Source: Patescibacteria group bacterium (GTDB lineage Bacteria; Patescibacteriota; Minisyncoccia; JAHIHE01; JAGLIN01). From it: 64,000 bases of DNA. The translations under genes and the position numbers were made by a program. This document shows, in pieces, positions 1 to 10,552 of this stretch (its first letter is position 1; every line of letters begins with the position of its first letter). The stretch covers positions 4,512-68,511 of the forward strand of contig JARGGI010000003.1 of NCBI GenBank assembly GCA_029210775.1, in the 5' to 3' direction. The notes beneath the pieces are model-generated. The model ran no database searches, had not been told where the DNA came from, and saw nothing but the letters and a program-made list of their open reading frames with translations.

Positions 1-185
1 CCTCCATCAATTAAAATCTGAATATTATTACCAGTATCAATCATCGCTGAATCACCTTGTCCAACATCAAAATATACTATTTGTGATTTTTGGTTTTTGA
101 CAAAGTAATTCTGCCAAAAAAACACAATCAAAACAGAAAGAAAAATCAATATAATAAATATTATATTTTTTTTATAGATTGACAT
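1..185 (-). CDS. ComEC-associated metallo-beta-lactamase-fold hydrolase, N-terminal part (runs off window)
   Basis: Manual translation MSIYKKNIIFIILIFLSVLIVFFWQ...YFDVGQGDSAMIDTGNNIQILIDGG; the DVGQGD...LIDGG motif is typical of the ComEC MBL domain; lies near comEC. Confidence 0.85.
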   Translation of the reverse strand, partial: MSIYKKNIIFIILIFLSVLIVFFWQNYFVKNQKSQIVYFDVGQGDSAMIDTGNNIQILIDG

Positions 186-276
186 TATTAAGTTTATGTA
201 ATAAAATTAAAATAACAATGTATTAACATAACGCAAAGGAGGAATTTAAATTACCAAAAAAATCATATTTTTCTCG

Positions 277-585
277 GTGCCAAATCCAAAATTTGAGTTT
301 GAAGTATTCATTGGCATATATTTTAAAAATGATGAGGAAATTCACATATTTAAAAACAAAAAGGGAAGCTTGCTTATGTTTAATATTAATTATAGATCAT
401 TAACTATCATTAAAAAAAATGATCCAGATATAAAAATTATTTTAAAAGAAATGTATAATCAAGAAGAAGAAAATAGATGTAAACATACTATTTTCAATCC
501 TGAAGAAGAAGATGACATACCATATGATAAAAATGAGGTTGATAAACAGAGACCTTTTGACAATAATAGTGGGATGTTTGTATAA
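277..585 (+). CDS. hypothetical protein
   Basis: 102-aa ORF filling an intergenic gap, AAGGAGG upstream, start uncertain. Confidence 0.45.
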   Translation: MPNPKFEFEVFIGIYFKNDEEIHIFKNKKGSLLMFNINYRSLTIIKKNDPDIKIILKEMYNQEEENRCKHTIFNPEEEDDIPYDKNEVDKQRPFDNNSGMFV

Positions 586-594
586 TTGAACACC

Positions 595-2079
595 TTATCT
601 CAACTTTTCAAAATATGTTGGGATTTTTTTATTATAAAATAGTAATATAAAAACCAAAACCCCATAATAAATTATCATAGTCCAAATACTCACTCTTTCA
701 AAGCTTAGATAACCAAAATCAAAACTAGCGAAAAATTTTACAACCTCAATTTGAAAGGTTAAAACGAGCCAGATGGGGAAAGATAGAATCTGCGCAATAA
801 ATAAATTCGCCGAGCCAATTACCATAACCAAAAAACCTCCAAGCATAACGGTCGGCACAAACGGTAAGACCACAATATTAGCGAAGACTGAAAGTATAGA
901 AAAACTACCAAAACTATTTAATATAATCGGCAAGGTCGCAATCTGTGCTGAAATGGTTATCAAAAAAATTGCTTTGATATTTAAGAAATTTGAATATTTT
1001 TCAAAAATAATATCTAATTTTGGAAATATATAAACAATACCAAGTACTGCCAAAAATGAAAGTTGAAAACCAGTATCAAATCTCAAGAGATTTGGATCAT
1101 ACAAAAGCATCAAAACACCAGCAAAAATTATAGCATTCCCAGCATTAGAAAGTCGCCCCACCTTAACAGCCAATAAAACCAATCCCCCCATCACAGATGC
1201 TCGCACTGCAGATGCTGGAAACCCAACAAGCGCAACAAAAAAAACAATTCCCAAAATTGCAAAATAAAAGGCATGGCTTCTCCTTAATCCAATTGCAAGT
1301 AATAGATACATAAAAATAACCGCTACAATCGTCATATGAAGGCCTGAAATGGCTATAATGTGCCTTGTGCCAGTTCTATTAAAGCTTTCTAATGTTTCAG
1401 AGCTTATATCTGATTTTAGCCCTAATGTCATCGCACTTACAATTCCAGCTTGTGGTTGGGGAAATATTTTTTTAATAATATTATTTGAAAATTTTCGAAA
1501 TTTAGAAATTTGAAAATATAAATCCTTTTCGTTCGTATTGATAACTTTTATCTTCGGATAGTATATAACAAAATATATCCCCCTTGAAAAAAGATAGTTT
1601 TTATATTCAAATCCATCAAAATCCTCAGGAATTTGTAATTTTCCATTAATCTCTATTTCATCTAACAAATTATACTCGGGATATTTATCAACATAAAGAA
1701 TAACTTTTCCATTAATATCTTTTTTACTACCAATAATTTCTATGTTTTTAAGTATTAATTTTTGTTTTCCATTTTTAATTTCTGGCATTTCAGAGATCAC
1801 TCCTCGTACTAACATTTCTTGATTATTCAAATTTTCAATCTCCAAATTTTCAATCTCATTTAATTTTTCGCTTTCAATTCTTAATAAACCAAATATAAAA
1901 AGAATTATTATTAAAAATAGTATTATTACTTTTTCCTTTTTCCAAAACAAAAAAATAAGTGAGATACAAAAACCCACAATCAATAATAAAATCCAAATTG
2001 AAGTAGAATAATAAGAACCAAAAAAGATTCCACAAATAAACGCAACACAAAACAATAAAAAATATTTTGACTTAGACAT
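595..2079 (-). CDS. comEC: ComEC/Rec2 competence membrane channel
   Basis: TGTRHIIAISGLH, SAVRAS, GFQLSFLAV motifs; multiple TM helices; ATG 2079 preferred over the ORF-track start 2088. Confidence 0.93.
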   Translation of the reverse strand: MSKSKYFLLFCVAFICGIFFGSYYSTSIWILLLIVGFCISLIFLFWKKEKVIILFLIIILFIFGLLRIESEKLNEIENLEIENLNNQEMLVRGVISEMPEIKNGKQKLILKNIEIIGSKKDINGKVILYVDKYPEYNLLDEIEINGKLQIPEDFDGFEYKNYLFSRGIYFVIYYPKIKVINTNEKDLYFQISKFRKFSNNIIKKIFPQPQAGIVSAMTLGLKSDISSETLESFNRTGTRHIIAISGLHMTIVAVIFMYLLLAIGLRRSHAFYFAILGIVFFVALVGFPASAVRASVMGGLVLLAVKVGRLSNAGNAIIFAGVLMLLYDPNLLRFDTGFQLSFLAVLGIVYIFPKLDIIFEKYSNFLNIKAIFLITISAQIATLPIILNSFGSFSILSVFANIVVLPFVPTVMLGGFLVMVIGSANLFIAQILSFPIWLVLTFQIEVVKFFASFDFGYLSFERVSIWTMIIYYGVLVFILLFYNKKIPTYFEKLR

Positions 2080-2347
2080 CAATTTCAATTACTTTTTGTT
2101 TGCTTTTTCCCCCTTTAATTATATTTATTTTACTCTTACTAATTCCTAATTCTTTTGATAATAACTTAATTAATTCTTTATTCGCCTTACCATCAACCGG
2201 AACAGCAATCAAATATATTTTTAATTCCGGTAAATCTTCAAAATTATTACTTATCTTTTTAAAACCGAGATCCAATTGCGTCAATTTATCAACTCCTAAA
2301 ATCTCATTTCTTGAGGATCTTGTAATTACTTTGCATTTAAATTTCAT
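2072..2347 (-). CDS. DUF167/YggU family protein
   Basis: PVDGKANKELIKLLSKELGISKSKINIIKGGKSKQK signature. Confidence 0.85.
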   Translation of the reverse strand: MKFKCKVITRSSRNEILGVDKLTQLDLGFKKISNNFEDLPELKIYLIAVPVDGKANKELIKLLSKELGISKSKINIIKGGKSKQKVIEIDV

Positions 2348-2356
2348 ATATTTTTA

Positions 2357-3085
2357 TTATTCCGATATAACAACATTTTTACAATGTTGTCTTATTTTTT
2401 CTGCCATTATTTCAAGTGTTTCAGTTGAATATGAATTTAGTTTTTCTAATCCAACAGCAAGTGTTTTTTCTGGTCTAAAATTTTGGACGGAATAACGATA
2501 TAATTTTGAGAATATTTTTTTATCAATACTATTTATCCAATTAATTATGCCATCTATGTCTTCTTCATTTACATATCCTGGAACAATTGTCGTCCGAAGT
2601 TCAAGTTCGCTTTTGCTATTAGATATTGATTTTATGCTATTTTCAATATTTCCAATAAGATTATCTTTGTCTTTTTTTGTCATAATCTTATATTTTTTAG
2701 GAACAGTTTTTATGTCAATCGCCCAATAATCAACTAATCCACTATCAATTAAACTTGAAACTGCGTAAAAATATGATCCATTTGTATCAATTTTAACCAA
2801 AAATCCCATTTTTTTTATTTTTTCAATAAATTCCCTTAACCCAAGTTGCAAAGTCGGCTCTCCTCCAGTTATGCAAACTCCATCCAAATCCCCTTTTCTT
2901 GACTTTAAAAATTTCAAAATTTCTTCTTCCTTTATTTCAGAATCATAGTCAATTAATTTTGGATCAACAATGTCAGAATTATGACAAAATGGACAACGAA
3001 AGTTACAACCCATTGTAAAAACGGTTGTAGCTATCTTTCCAGGATAATCAAGCATTGTAAATTTTTGAAACCCTCCAATAAACAT
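2357..3085 (-). CDS. nrdG: anaerobic ribonucleotide reductase activating radical SAM enzyme
   Basis: LDYPGK...GCNFRCPFCHN (CxxxCxxC), ITGGEPT; adjacent to nrdD. Confidence 0.92.
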   Translation of the reverse strand: MFIGGFQKFTMLDYPGKIATTVFTMGCNFRCPFCHNSDIVDPKLIDYDSEIKEEEILKFLKSRKGDLDGVCITGGEPTLQLGLREFIEKIKKMGFLVKIDTNGSYFYAVSSLIDSGLVDYWAIDIKTVPKKYKIMTKKDKDNLIGNIENSIKSISNSKSELELRTTIVPGYVNEEDIDGIINWINSIDKKIFSKLYRYSVQNFRPEKTLAVGLEKLNSYSTETLEIMAEKIRQHCKNVVISE

Positions 3086-3280
3086 ATTTTAATTTAACAC
3101 AACTTAATAATTAACTTCTCTATTTAAATTACAAGATTCTATTATTTCTCTCAAGAAAGATGTTTTGTAATTCAAAGTATAATTATATTAAAAATAAAAA
3201 ATTACAAGCTGGAAGACTATTTGCAATTTAATTTATTGTAATTTGATTTTTATAAAAGCATAATATTTTCATAAATAAAA

Positions 3281-5023
3281 TTATACTTCAACGGTCGCAG
3301 TGATTATGTCGGGATATTTATTAACATCTTTCTTTGCCAGTCTATAAGAAGTTCCCTCTCCTGGAGTTGCTTCAAGATTATAGAGTCCACCAGTTTCTTC
3401 TTGATATTTTACAATTCTGTCTCGCATAAATTCCAAAACCTCTTGAGCAAACTTGTTACCCTTTTTTGTAGTAAGATTAACTTTTTTGCCTTGAAAATTT
3501 AGTAAAGATTCGTTCATTCCAATTATTCCAATTGTTGAAAAATGATTACTCCAATATTCTCCTCGTTGAAGTTTAATATTAGCAAGAAAATGTTTTGAAT
3601 ATGGATATAACCCTTTTTCCGTAAAATTCTCCAATGTCTTTCTTTTTATTTCTAAACTTTCTTTTGCAAGATCCATAACCTTGCTTAGTCTGTTAAAAAA
3701 TTCTTTTTTATTTTTTGCCAAATAACCAATTCTTGGTAAATTAATTGTCACAACTCCAATTGAACCCGTGAGTGGATAAGCTCCAAATAAACCTCCTCCA
3801 CGCTTATAGAGTTCTCTATTATCAAGACGCAAACGACAACACATTGATCTTGCATCTTCTGGTTTCATATCGCTGTTTACATAATTAGCAAAATAAGGAA
3901 TTCCATATTTTGCTGTCATTTCCCATATTGGCTCAAGATTTGGGTCATCCCAATTAAAATCCTTGGTTATATTGTATGTTGGAATTGGAAAGGTAAAAAC
4001 CCTACCAGAAGCATCGCCCTCTAACATAACTTCTGCAAAAGCCTTATTTAAAAGACTAATTTCATTTGAAAAATCTTTATATTGTTCTTTTTGAAGAACA
4101 CCTCCAATAACAACAGCTTCATCTGCAAGAGTTGATGGAACAGTTAAGTCCATCGTAATATTTGTAAAGGGAGTTTGAAAACCAACTCTTGTAGGAACAT
4201 TCATATTAAATACAAATTCCTGAATTGCTTGTTTAATGTCCCTATATGTAAGTTGATCATACTTAATAAATGGAGCAAGTAATGTATCAAAATTTGAAAA
4301 AGCCTGTGCCCCAGCAGCTTCTCCTTGTAATGTATAAAAGAAATTAACAACCTGTCCCAATGCCGATTTAAAATGTTTTGGTGGCTTACTCTCACTTTTT
4401 CCGCTAACGCCACCGAAACCATTTGATATTAAATCTTTTAAATCCCACCCACAACAATAAACAGCCAAAAGTCCTAAATCATGAATGTGAAAATCTCCCT
4501 TATTATAACTATCTCTTATTTCAGGAGGATAAATTTTTTCAATCCAATATTTAGAAGTAACAACATTAGCAATATAATTATTAAGTCCTTGTAATGAATA
4601 GGACATATTGCTATTTTCTTTAACCTGCCAATCAATTTCCTTTAAATAATCATCAACTAAATCGACAGATCTTTTCAAAACATCTTGACTTTCTCGAAGA
4701 AGCCTATGTTGTTCGCGATATATTATATAAGCCTTTGCAGTTTCAATATAATTCTCTCTGATCAAAAAACTTTCAACTATATCCTGCACCTCTTCTACTG
4801 TTGGAATTTCAAGCTTTAATCTACCTCCACCATTTCTAACTATAAATCTTTTATTTATCTCACATTCAACTTTTTTTGCAAGATCAAGTGAATTTCTTTT
4901 TGAACCTTCACCTGTAGCACTAAAAGCTTTGTAAATTGCGCTAACAAGTTTATTTTTTTCAAATTTTACAACCCTGCCATCACGCTTTCTTATTTCCTTT
5001 AATTTTATTTTTTTTAAATCCAT
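3281..5023 (-). CDS. nrdD: class III ribonucleoside-triphosphate reductase with ATP cone; apparently C-terminally truncated
   Basis: N-terminal KRDG ATP cone, HIHDLG, RSMCCRL, NLEATPGEG; stops at YPDIITATVEV without the glycyl-radical C-terminal domain. Confidence 0.88.
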   Translation of the reverse strand: MDLKKIKLKEIRKRDGRVVKFEKNKLVSAIYKAFSATGEGSKRNSLDLAKKVECEINKRFIVRNGGGRLKLEIPTVEEVQDIVESFLIRENYIETAKAYIIYREQHRLLRESQDVLKRSVDLVDDYLKEIDWQVKENSNMSYSLQGLNNYIANVVTSKYWIEKIYPPEIRDSYNKGDFHIHDLGLLAVYCCGWDLKDLISNGFGGVSGKSESKPPKHFKSALGQVVNFFYTLQGEAAGAQAFSNFDTLLAPFIKYDQLTYRDIKQAIQEFVFNMNVPTRVGFQTPFTNITMDLTVPSTLADEAVVIGGVLQKEQYKDFSNEISLLNKAFAEVMLEGDASGRVFTFPIPTYNITKDFNWDDPNLEPIWEMTAKYGIPYFANYVNSDMKPEDARSMCCRLRLDNRELYKRGGGLFGAYPLTGSIGVVTINLPRIGYLAKNKKEFFNRLSKVMDLAKESLEIKRKTLENFTEKGLYPYSKHFLANIKLQRGEYWSNHFSTIGIIGMNESLLNFQGKKVNLTTKKGNKFAQEVLEFMRDRIVKYQEETGGLYNLEATPGEGTSYRLAKKDVNKYPDIITATVEV

Positions 5024-5210
5024 TGCCTTTTTTGTTAGTTTATTTATCTTAAAAAAACAAATTTTATTATTCTATTAACCCAAAACATCTTCATCAAAAA
5101 ACCGCCTTTATCAACTTTTTACAACAATAATAATCTTTTTCCGAAAAGGACAGGTTTTAATTTTATTTTTGTTTTATAAATATCACTTTCGAAATTTTAT
5201 ACTTTTTTTT

Positions 5211-6512
5211 TTAGTTTTTTTTCATTTTTTTTCTTATAAATGCTGGCACATCATATTCATCATCAGAACTTACGGAATTAATTTGAGACGAAAATACATT
5301 TTTCTTAATCTTCTGCTCATCCACATTTCTTTTCAAGTTTTTATTTATAGTTTCAGAAATAGAACTGTTTAAATCTTTTTTTCCGTCCATAAAACCCATT
5401 TCTTCTTCATCTTTTTTAAGCATTTCATCTGATTCTTCTTTGTACACTTCTTTGATTTCTTCTTTGGCTTCTCTTGGTTCTTCTTTAATTTTAATTTCAT
5501 TATTAAAACTTATAATTCTTTCTATATCTTTATTAATATTCTTTCTTCCATTATGCATTCCTTCAAATCCACTTGCAATAACAGTCACTTTTATCTCTCC
5601 TTTATTTAAGCTTTCATCATGTATAGCACCAAAAATAACCTTTGCTTCATCGTCAATGAATTCTGTTATAATTTTTGCAGCATCATTAACTTCCATCATT
5701 GTAAGATCAGCTCCACCACTTATATTAAATAGCACACTTTTTGCACCATCAATTGATAATTCCAAAAGAGGACTATTTATCGCTTTTTTGGCAGCAACAA
5801 CAGCCCGATCTTCTCCTGACGCCTTTCCAATTCCCATGAGAGATGGTCCTGTATTTTGCATAACAGATCTAACATCAGCAAAATCCACATTTATAATTCC
5901 AGGAGTGATTATAAGATCAGAAATCCCTTGAACCCCTTGTCTTAGAATGTCATCAGCAATTTTAAATGATTCTAAAAGCAAAGTTTTTTTATCTATCACT
6001 TGAAGAATTCTATCATTAGGAATTGTTATTATTGTATCCACATGATTTATTAAGTTTTCCAATCCCTCTTCTGCAATTCGCTTTCTTTTGATTCCTTCAA
6101 ATGAAAATGGTTTAGTAACGATTGCAACTGTCAAGGCATTTGCTTCTCTTGCAGCTTCAGCAATAATCGGTGCGGCTCCAGTTCCTGTCCCACCTCCAAG
6201 ACCACAAGTTATAAAAACCATATCAGTATTTTTTAAAACATCTTGAATTTCATCTCTATTCTCCTCAGCTGCTTGCCGTCCTATATCAGGGTTCATTCCT
6301 GCACCAAGACCTCTTGTTAAATTTTTCCCAATATGTATTTTTTCTGCAGCTCTACAATGATGTAAATCCTGAGAATCTGTGTTTATGGCCACAAAATCAA
6401 CTCCATTTAAACCTGCATCAATCATCCTGGTTATTATATGATTTCCACTGCCACCAACCCCAACAACCTTGATTCTGGCAAATGTTTCAAACTCAGGTTT
6501 AATTTCTTTCAT
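5211..6512 (-). CDS. ftsZ: cell division protein FtsZ
   Basis: GGGTGTG tubulin motif, NVDFADV, C-terminal YDVPAFIRK. Confidence 0.98.
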   Translation of the reverse strand: MKEIKPEFETFARIKVVGVGGSGNHIITRMIDAGLNGVDFVAINTDSQDLHHCRAAEKIHIGKNLTRGLGAGMNPDIGRQAAEENRDEIQDVLKNTDMVFITCGLGGGTGTGAAPIIAEAAREANALTVAIVTKPFSFEGIKRKRIAEEGLENLINHVDTIITIPNDRILQVIDKKTLLLESFKIADDILRQGVQGISDLIITPGIINVDFADVRSVMQNTGPSLMGIGKASGEDRAVVAAKKAINSPLLELSIDGAKSVLFNISGGADLTMMEVNDAAKIITEFIDDEAKVIFGAIHDESLNKGEIKVTVIASGFEGMHNGRKNINKDIERIISFNNEIKIKEEPREAKEEIKEVYKEESDEMLKKDEEEMGFMDGKKDLNSSISETINKNLKRNVDEQKIKKNVFSSQINSVSSDDEYDVPAFIRKKMKKN

Positions 6513-6622
6513 ATATTTAAAAAATTATTTATTACAAATCGCTATAATTCAATATTACCTTTTTTAAAAAATTTGTGCAAGCCACAATTTAAAAAAATAT
6601 CGTTTTACTCTTGATTAAAAAT

Positions 6623-7876
6623 TTACGGTAAAAAAGTTTTGAAGATTTTCCTTATTTTTTGACCAACTCCGCTTAATTGTGGCAATCTAAATCCACCACG
6701 ATTAGATGGAAAAACTCCATTTTCATCAGCTTCCCACATAATAAGACCAACCGCCGTTGCAAAAGAAGGATTATCAACTCTATCAATGATTCCACTCAAC
6801 TCTACTGGGAAACCAATTTGAGCTGGTAATCTTAAAAATTCTTTAGCAATAGAAACCATTCCTGGCATTTTTGCACCACCGCCAGTTATAACAACACCAG
6901 CAGGAAGCATTCCACTCCTATCAATTTTTTTTAATTCATCATCAACTAATGTAAATATTTCCTCTATCCTAGCTTCTATAATTTCAGCTAAATATTTTCT
7001 TGTAAAAACACCTTCTTCTGTGCTATCAATTTCTGAAATATTTATTTTATCTTTTTTGTTTGCTTCTTTTGATGAAGTAGTTCCATACTCAAGTTTTATT
7101 TTCTCAGCAACATCAATTGAAACACGAAGACCTATGGCAATATCATTTGTAATATGTCCAGAACCAACTGGGATAACTACTGAATGCAATATATTTCCAT
7201 CTTCAAAAACTGAGACTCCAGTTGTTCCCTTCCCAATATCTATCACAACAACCCCGAGTTCTCTTTGACGTTTTGATAAAACTGCTTTGGAAGCAGATAG
7301 TGGTGCAAAAACCAAATCATCAATATCTACACCACAACGCTGTACACACTTATACAAATTTTTAATAAATGGTGACATACCCTCAATAACCAAAGCATTA
7401 ACTTCCAGTCTAACCCCATTCATCCCAACTGGATCTTTTATCATTTCTTGTCCATCAATTGTATAATTGCAAGGTATTACGGCAATTATCTCTTTATTAT
7501 TTGATACTGAAATGGCTTGTGATGCATTTATAACTCTATTCATATCTTCTTCGCTAATTTCTCCATCAGCCCTTGAAACTGCAACGACACCCTTAGAGAA
7601 TTGAGAATATATATGATTTCCATTTATACTTATATAAGCATGTTCAACTGGAACACCAGCGGTTCCTTCAGCAAGTTCTTTTGATTTATTTATAGCGTTT
7701 ATTGTTTCTTCAATATCAACAATAACGCCATTATTAATTCCTGATGAAGGCGCTATTCCAACTCCTAAAATTAATGGTTTTGAATCTTCTCCTTGCTTCT
7801 GAGAAATTATTGTTCTTACCAAACTAGATCCAATATCAATTCCTGCTAAAATGTCTCCTCTTGACATAAAATTCAT
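6623..7876 (-). CDS. ftsA: cell division protein FtsA
   Basis: GIDIGSS, DIGKGTT, VITGGGAK; upstream of ftsZ. Confidence 0.96.
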   Translation of the reverse strand: MNFMSRGDILAGIDIGSSLVRTIISQKQGEDSKPLILGVGIAPSSGINNGVIVDIEETINAINKSKELAEGTAGVPVEHAYISINGNHIYSQFSKGVVAVSRADGEISEEDMNRVINASQAISVSNNKEIIAVIPCNYTIDGQEMIKDPVGMNGVRLEVNALVIEGMSPFIKNLYKCVQRCGVDIDDLVFAPLSASKAVLSKRQRELGVVVIDIGKGTTGVSVFEDGNILHSVVIPVGSGHITNDIAIGLRVSIDVAEKIKLEYGTTSSKEANKKDKINISEIDSTEEGVFTRKYLAEIIEARIEEIFTLVDDELKKIDRSGMLPAGVVITGGGAKMPGMVSIAKEFLRLPAQIGFPVELSGIIDRVDNPSFATAVGLIMWEADENGVFPSNRGGFRLPQLSGVGQKIRKIFKTFLP

Positions 7877-8022
7877 TTAAACATTTAAACACATAAACAT
7901 TTGAATAAAATTCAAATTTATAACAAATCAAAAAACCTGAATATAAAAATAGTTATTTATAGTTTATATGGTATATATATTATAATACATTTTTGAAAAA
8001 TAAAAAAGCTTTTTTAAAAATT

Positions 8023-8391
8023 TTATATAATATTTATAAAATGTGGCCAAAATATTAATAAACCAACTAAAAAAGCTCCTAAAGACGCTATTAATACGGC
8101 AGAAGCCATCATATCTTTAACCGTTTTAGCATATGGATGAACTCTTGGTTTCAAGATATCCATAATTCTCTCAAAAATTGAATTAATAATTTCTAACACT
8201 AAAACAAGAGTAATCATCATTAACAAGGCAATAGCCTCCCATGCCTTGAGATTAAATATAAATATAAATATTAAAACAATAATTGAGAACAAAATCTGCA
8301 ATCTGAAATTTTGTTCTTTAAAGACACACTTAAATCCCCTGACAGCGTGCGAAACGCTTCTTGTAAATTTTTTTATATTAAAAAATATCAT
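8023..8391 (-). CDS. dgkA: diacylglycerol/undecaprenol kinase family protein
   Basis: EQNFR, EIINSIFE, KDMMASAV; 3 TM helices; follows ybeY. Confidence 0.85.
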   Translation of the reverse strand: MIFFNIKKFTRSVSHAVRGFKCVFKEQNFRLQILFSIIVLIFIFIFNLKAWEAIALLMMITLVLVLEIINSIFERIMDILKPRVHPYAKTVKDMMASAVLIASLGAFLVGLLIFWPHFINII

Positions 8392-8403
8392 ATATATTCT
8401 GAT

Positions 8404-8853
8404 TTATAAACTCGAAAAAACTTTCTTCTCAATAGCTTTCATATCAGAATTTTCATAATTTTCTTTATGATCATATCCCAATAGATGCAATATTCCGTGA
8501 ATTAATAAAATTGCCATTTCATGTTTTTCTGAATGTTTTTTTTGTCTGGCTTGTCTTTTCGCTTGCATATAACAAATAAAAATTTCTCCTAAATATAATA
8601 TGCCATCAGGAGGACTAATAAATTTTTGAGATTTATTCACAATTTCTTCGTTTCCGAATGAAAGTACATCTGTAATTTTATCAATTCCTCTATATTTTTG
8701 ATTCAAAAATTTAATTCTTTTTTCTCCAATTATTACCAAGCTTATTTCTACTGGTTTTTTAACTTTGATAGCTCTCAAAGTTTCATCAACAATTTTATTC
8801 AAATATTTTTTCTCAATTTTTTTTTGCGTAAAATTCTTTACAAGAAGTGTCAT
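8404..8853 (-). CDS. ybeY: rRNA maturation endoribonuclease YbeY
   Basis: TDVLSF and HGILHLLGYDH motifs. Confidence 0.96.
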   Translation of the reverse strand: MTLLVKNFTQKKIEKKYLNKIVDETLRAIKVKKPVEISLVIIGEKRIKFLNQKYRGIDKITDVLSFGNEEIVNKSQKFISPPDGILYLGEIFICYMQAKRQARQKKHSEKHEMAILLIHGILHLLGYDHKENYENSDMKAIEKKVFSSL

Positions 8854-8904
8854 AAAATAGCTAATAAAATATGTTAAACAAAAAAATGATTAATATGCTA
8901 TATA

Positions 8905-9351
8905 TTAATCATTTAATTCTTTCTTCACAACCATACTAACAACATTTCCATCTGCCAATCCTTCACTCCTACTCATAACAAGACTCATCACCTTCCCGAA
9001 TTCAGATGAATTTGATGCCCCTAATTCTTTAATAACATCAGTAACCATTCTTTTAATCTCCTCTTCGCTCATTTGCTCTGGCATATATTTCTCAAGTATA
9101 GCCAATTCTTCTTTTTCCTTATCTGCCAAATCAAATCTATTTCCTTTCTCATATTGCAGAATGGAATCTTTCCGTCTTTTCAAGCTTCTTTTTATAATTT
9201 CAATAATCTCTTTATCACCAGCTTCTCCGCCCTTTTCTATCTCGGCATTCTTAATATCAGAATTCAAAAACCTCAAAACGCCACGAGTAACATTGTCACC
9301 ACCCTTTATGGAAATCTTAAGGTCATTGTTAATAGTTTCTTTAAAAGTCAT
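8905..9351 (-). CDS. GatB/YqeY domain protein
   Basis: KRRKDSILQYEKGNRFDLADKE...YMPEQMS, FGKVM; follows rpsU. Confidence 0.9.
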   Translation of the reverse strand: MTFKETINNDLKISIKGGDNVTRGVLRFLNSDIKNAEIEKGGEAGDKEIIEIIKRSLKRRKDSILQYEKGNRFDLADKEKEELAILEKYMPEQMSEEEIKRMVTDVIKELGASNSSEFGKVMSLVMSRSEGLADGNVVSMVVKKELND

Positions 9352-9377
9352 TTATTATTAGTTCACTTGATAAAACT

Positions 9378-9617
9378 TTAAAATCGAAAATCATCTTCAA
9401 GCTTGCCAAGTTTTCTAAGTTTTTCTTTTTCGCCAACAATTTCATTTCTTCTTAATGCTCCTTTTCTTCGTTCAGTTCTACTTGGTGTTTTTTCCTTAAA
9501 TCTTGAACTTCTCGCCTGCAAAAGAAGTCCACTTTGTTGAACTTTTTTCGAAAAACGCCTTAATAGACTTCCAATACTTTCATTGTCTTTTCTTTTTACT
9601 TCTATCATTTTTATCAC
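9378..9617 (-). CDS. rpsU: 30S ribosomal protein bS21
   Basis: VKRKDNESIGSLLRRFSKKVQQSG; rpsU-yqeY synteny; true start may be 9608. Confidence 0.85.
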   Translation of the reverse strand: MIKMIEVKRKDNESIGSLLRRFSKKVQQSGLLLQARSSRFKEKTPSRTERRKGALRRNEIVGEKEKLRKLGKLEDDFRF

Positions 9618-9726
9618 CTCTTGCTTTCTATTTGAATTTATTAAATAAAAAAATATCTAAAGCTATTATAACATAAAATTTAAATTTGACAAGAACAATT
9701 TAAATAGTTTTAGATAAACCGTTTTT

Positions 9727-10131
9727 TTAATATTTAACGCTCTTGCTAAATTCAATTTCATAATCCTTTTTTTGTAATGCGTTCAAGATATAATTGGAGC
9801 GAAAATTACATTTACTCCAACAAAAATTTCCGCTTTCTTCTAAAAATAAACTTATTTTTTCTTCATCGGAATTATAGAATCCCTTTTTACTACTACAACA
9901 GTTTACAGATGTTTCAATATTAATAATTAATTTGTCATTTCCATCCCACTGCTTAGAAATTATTTTATATTCATTTTCATTATATTTTTCACCCCGACTT
10001 ATATTAATTGTAATATAGGGTTTTATCGTTTTATAATTTTTAGTAAAATAAAAATAACAAGTAAAAAAAAATAATATAATAATTAAAACTATAATATAAA
10101 ACATTTTCGTTTTGGAAACCTTTTTTTTCAT
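9727..10131 (-). CDS. hypothetical membrane-anchored protein
   Basis: N-terminal TM helix, Cys pattern NCC...CWSKC. Confidence 0.6.
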   Translation of the reverse strand: MKKKVSKTKMFYIIVLIIILFFFTCYFYFTKNYKTIKPYITINISRGEKYNENEYKIISKQWDGNDKLIINIETSVNCCSSKKGFYNSDEEKISLFLEESGNFCWSKCNFRSNYILNALQKKDYEIEFSKSVKY

Positions 10132-10155
10132 TTTAAATCAAATAACAAAAAATAA

Positions 10156-10536
10156 TTAGATAGGATGGATGTTTTCCGAAAGACGAGCTCCTCCCAAAAG
10201 ATGCAAATGAATATGATCAACTTCCTGACCTCCTCCTTTTCCAACTCTTATAAGCAATTTATAACCTTTTTTAGAAATTTTTAGATCATCAGAGATTTTT
10301 TTTGCAGTCATAATTAATCTTCCCATCAGTAAAGTGTCTTCCTTTGTCGCTTCTCTGACAGATAAAATATGTTTTTTGGAAATAATAAGAATATGCACTG
10401 GAGCAATTGGGTTTCTGTCTTTAAATGCAACTACTTGATCATCTTCAAAAACAATATCTGCCGGAATTTCTTTATCTACTATTTTGCAAAAAATACAGTC
10501 TGACATAAATTTTAAATAATTATATTGTTTTTCCAA
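10156..10536 (-). CDS. histidine triad (HIT) nucleotide-binding protein
   Basis: DCIFCKI, HIHLHLL; true start probably MSDCIF. Confidence 0.93.
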   Translation of the reverse strand: MEKQYNYLKFMSDCIFCKIVDKEIPADIVFEDDQVVAFKDRNPIAPVHILIISKKHILSVREATKEDTLLMGRLIMTAKKISDDLKISKKGYKLLIRVGKGGGQEVDHIHLHLLGGARLSENIHPI

Positions 10537-10552
10537 ATTTCATTTATAAGAT

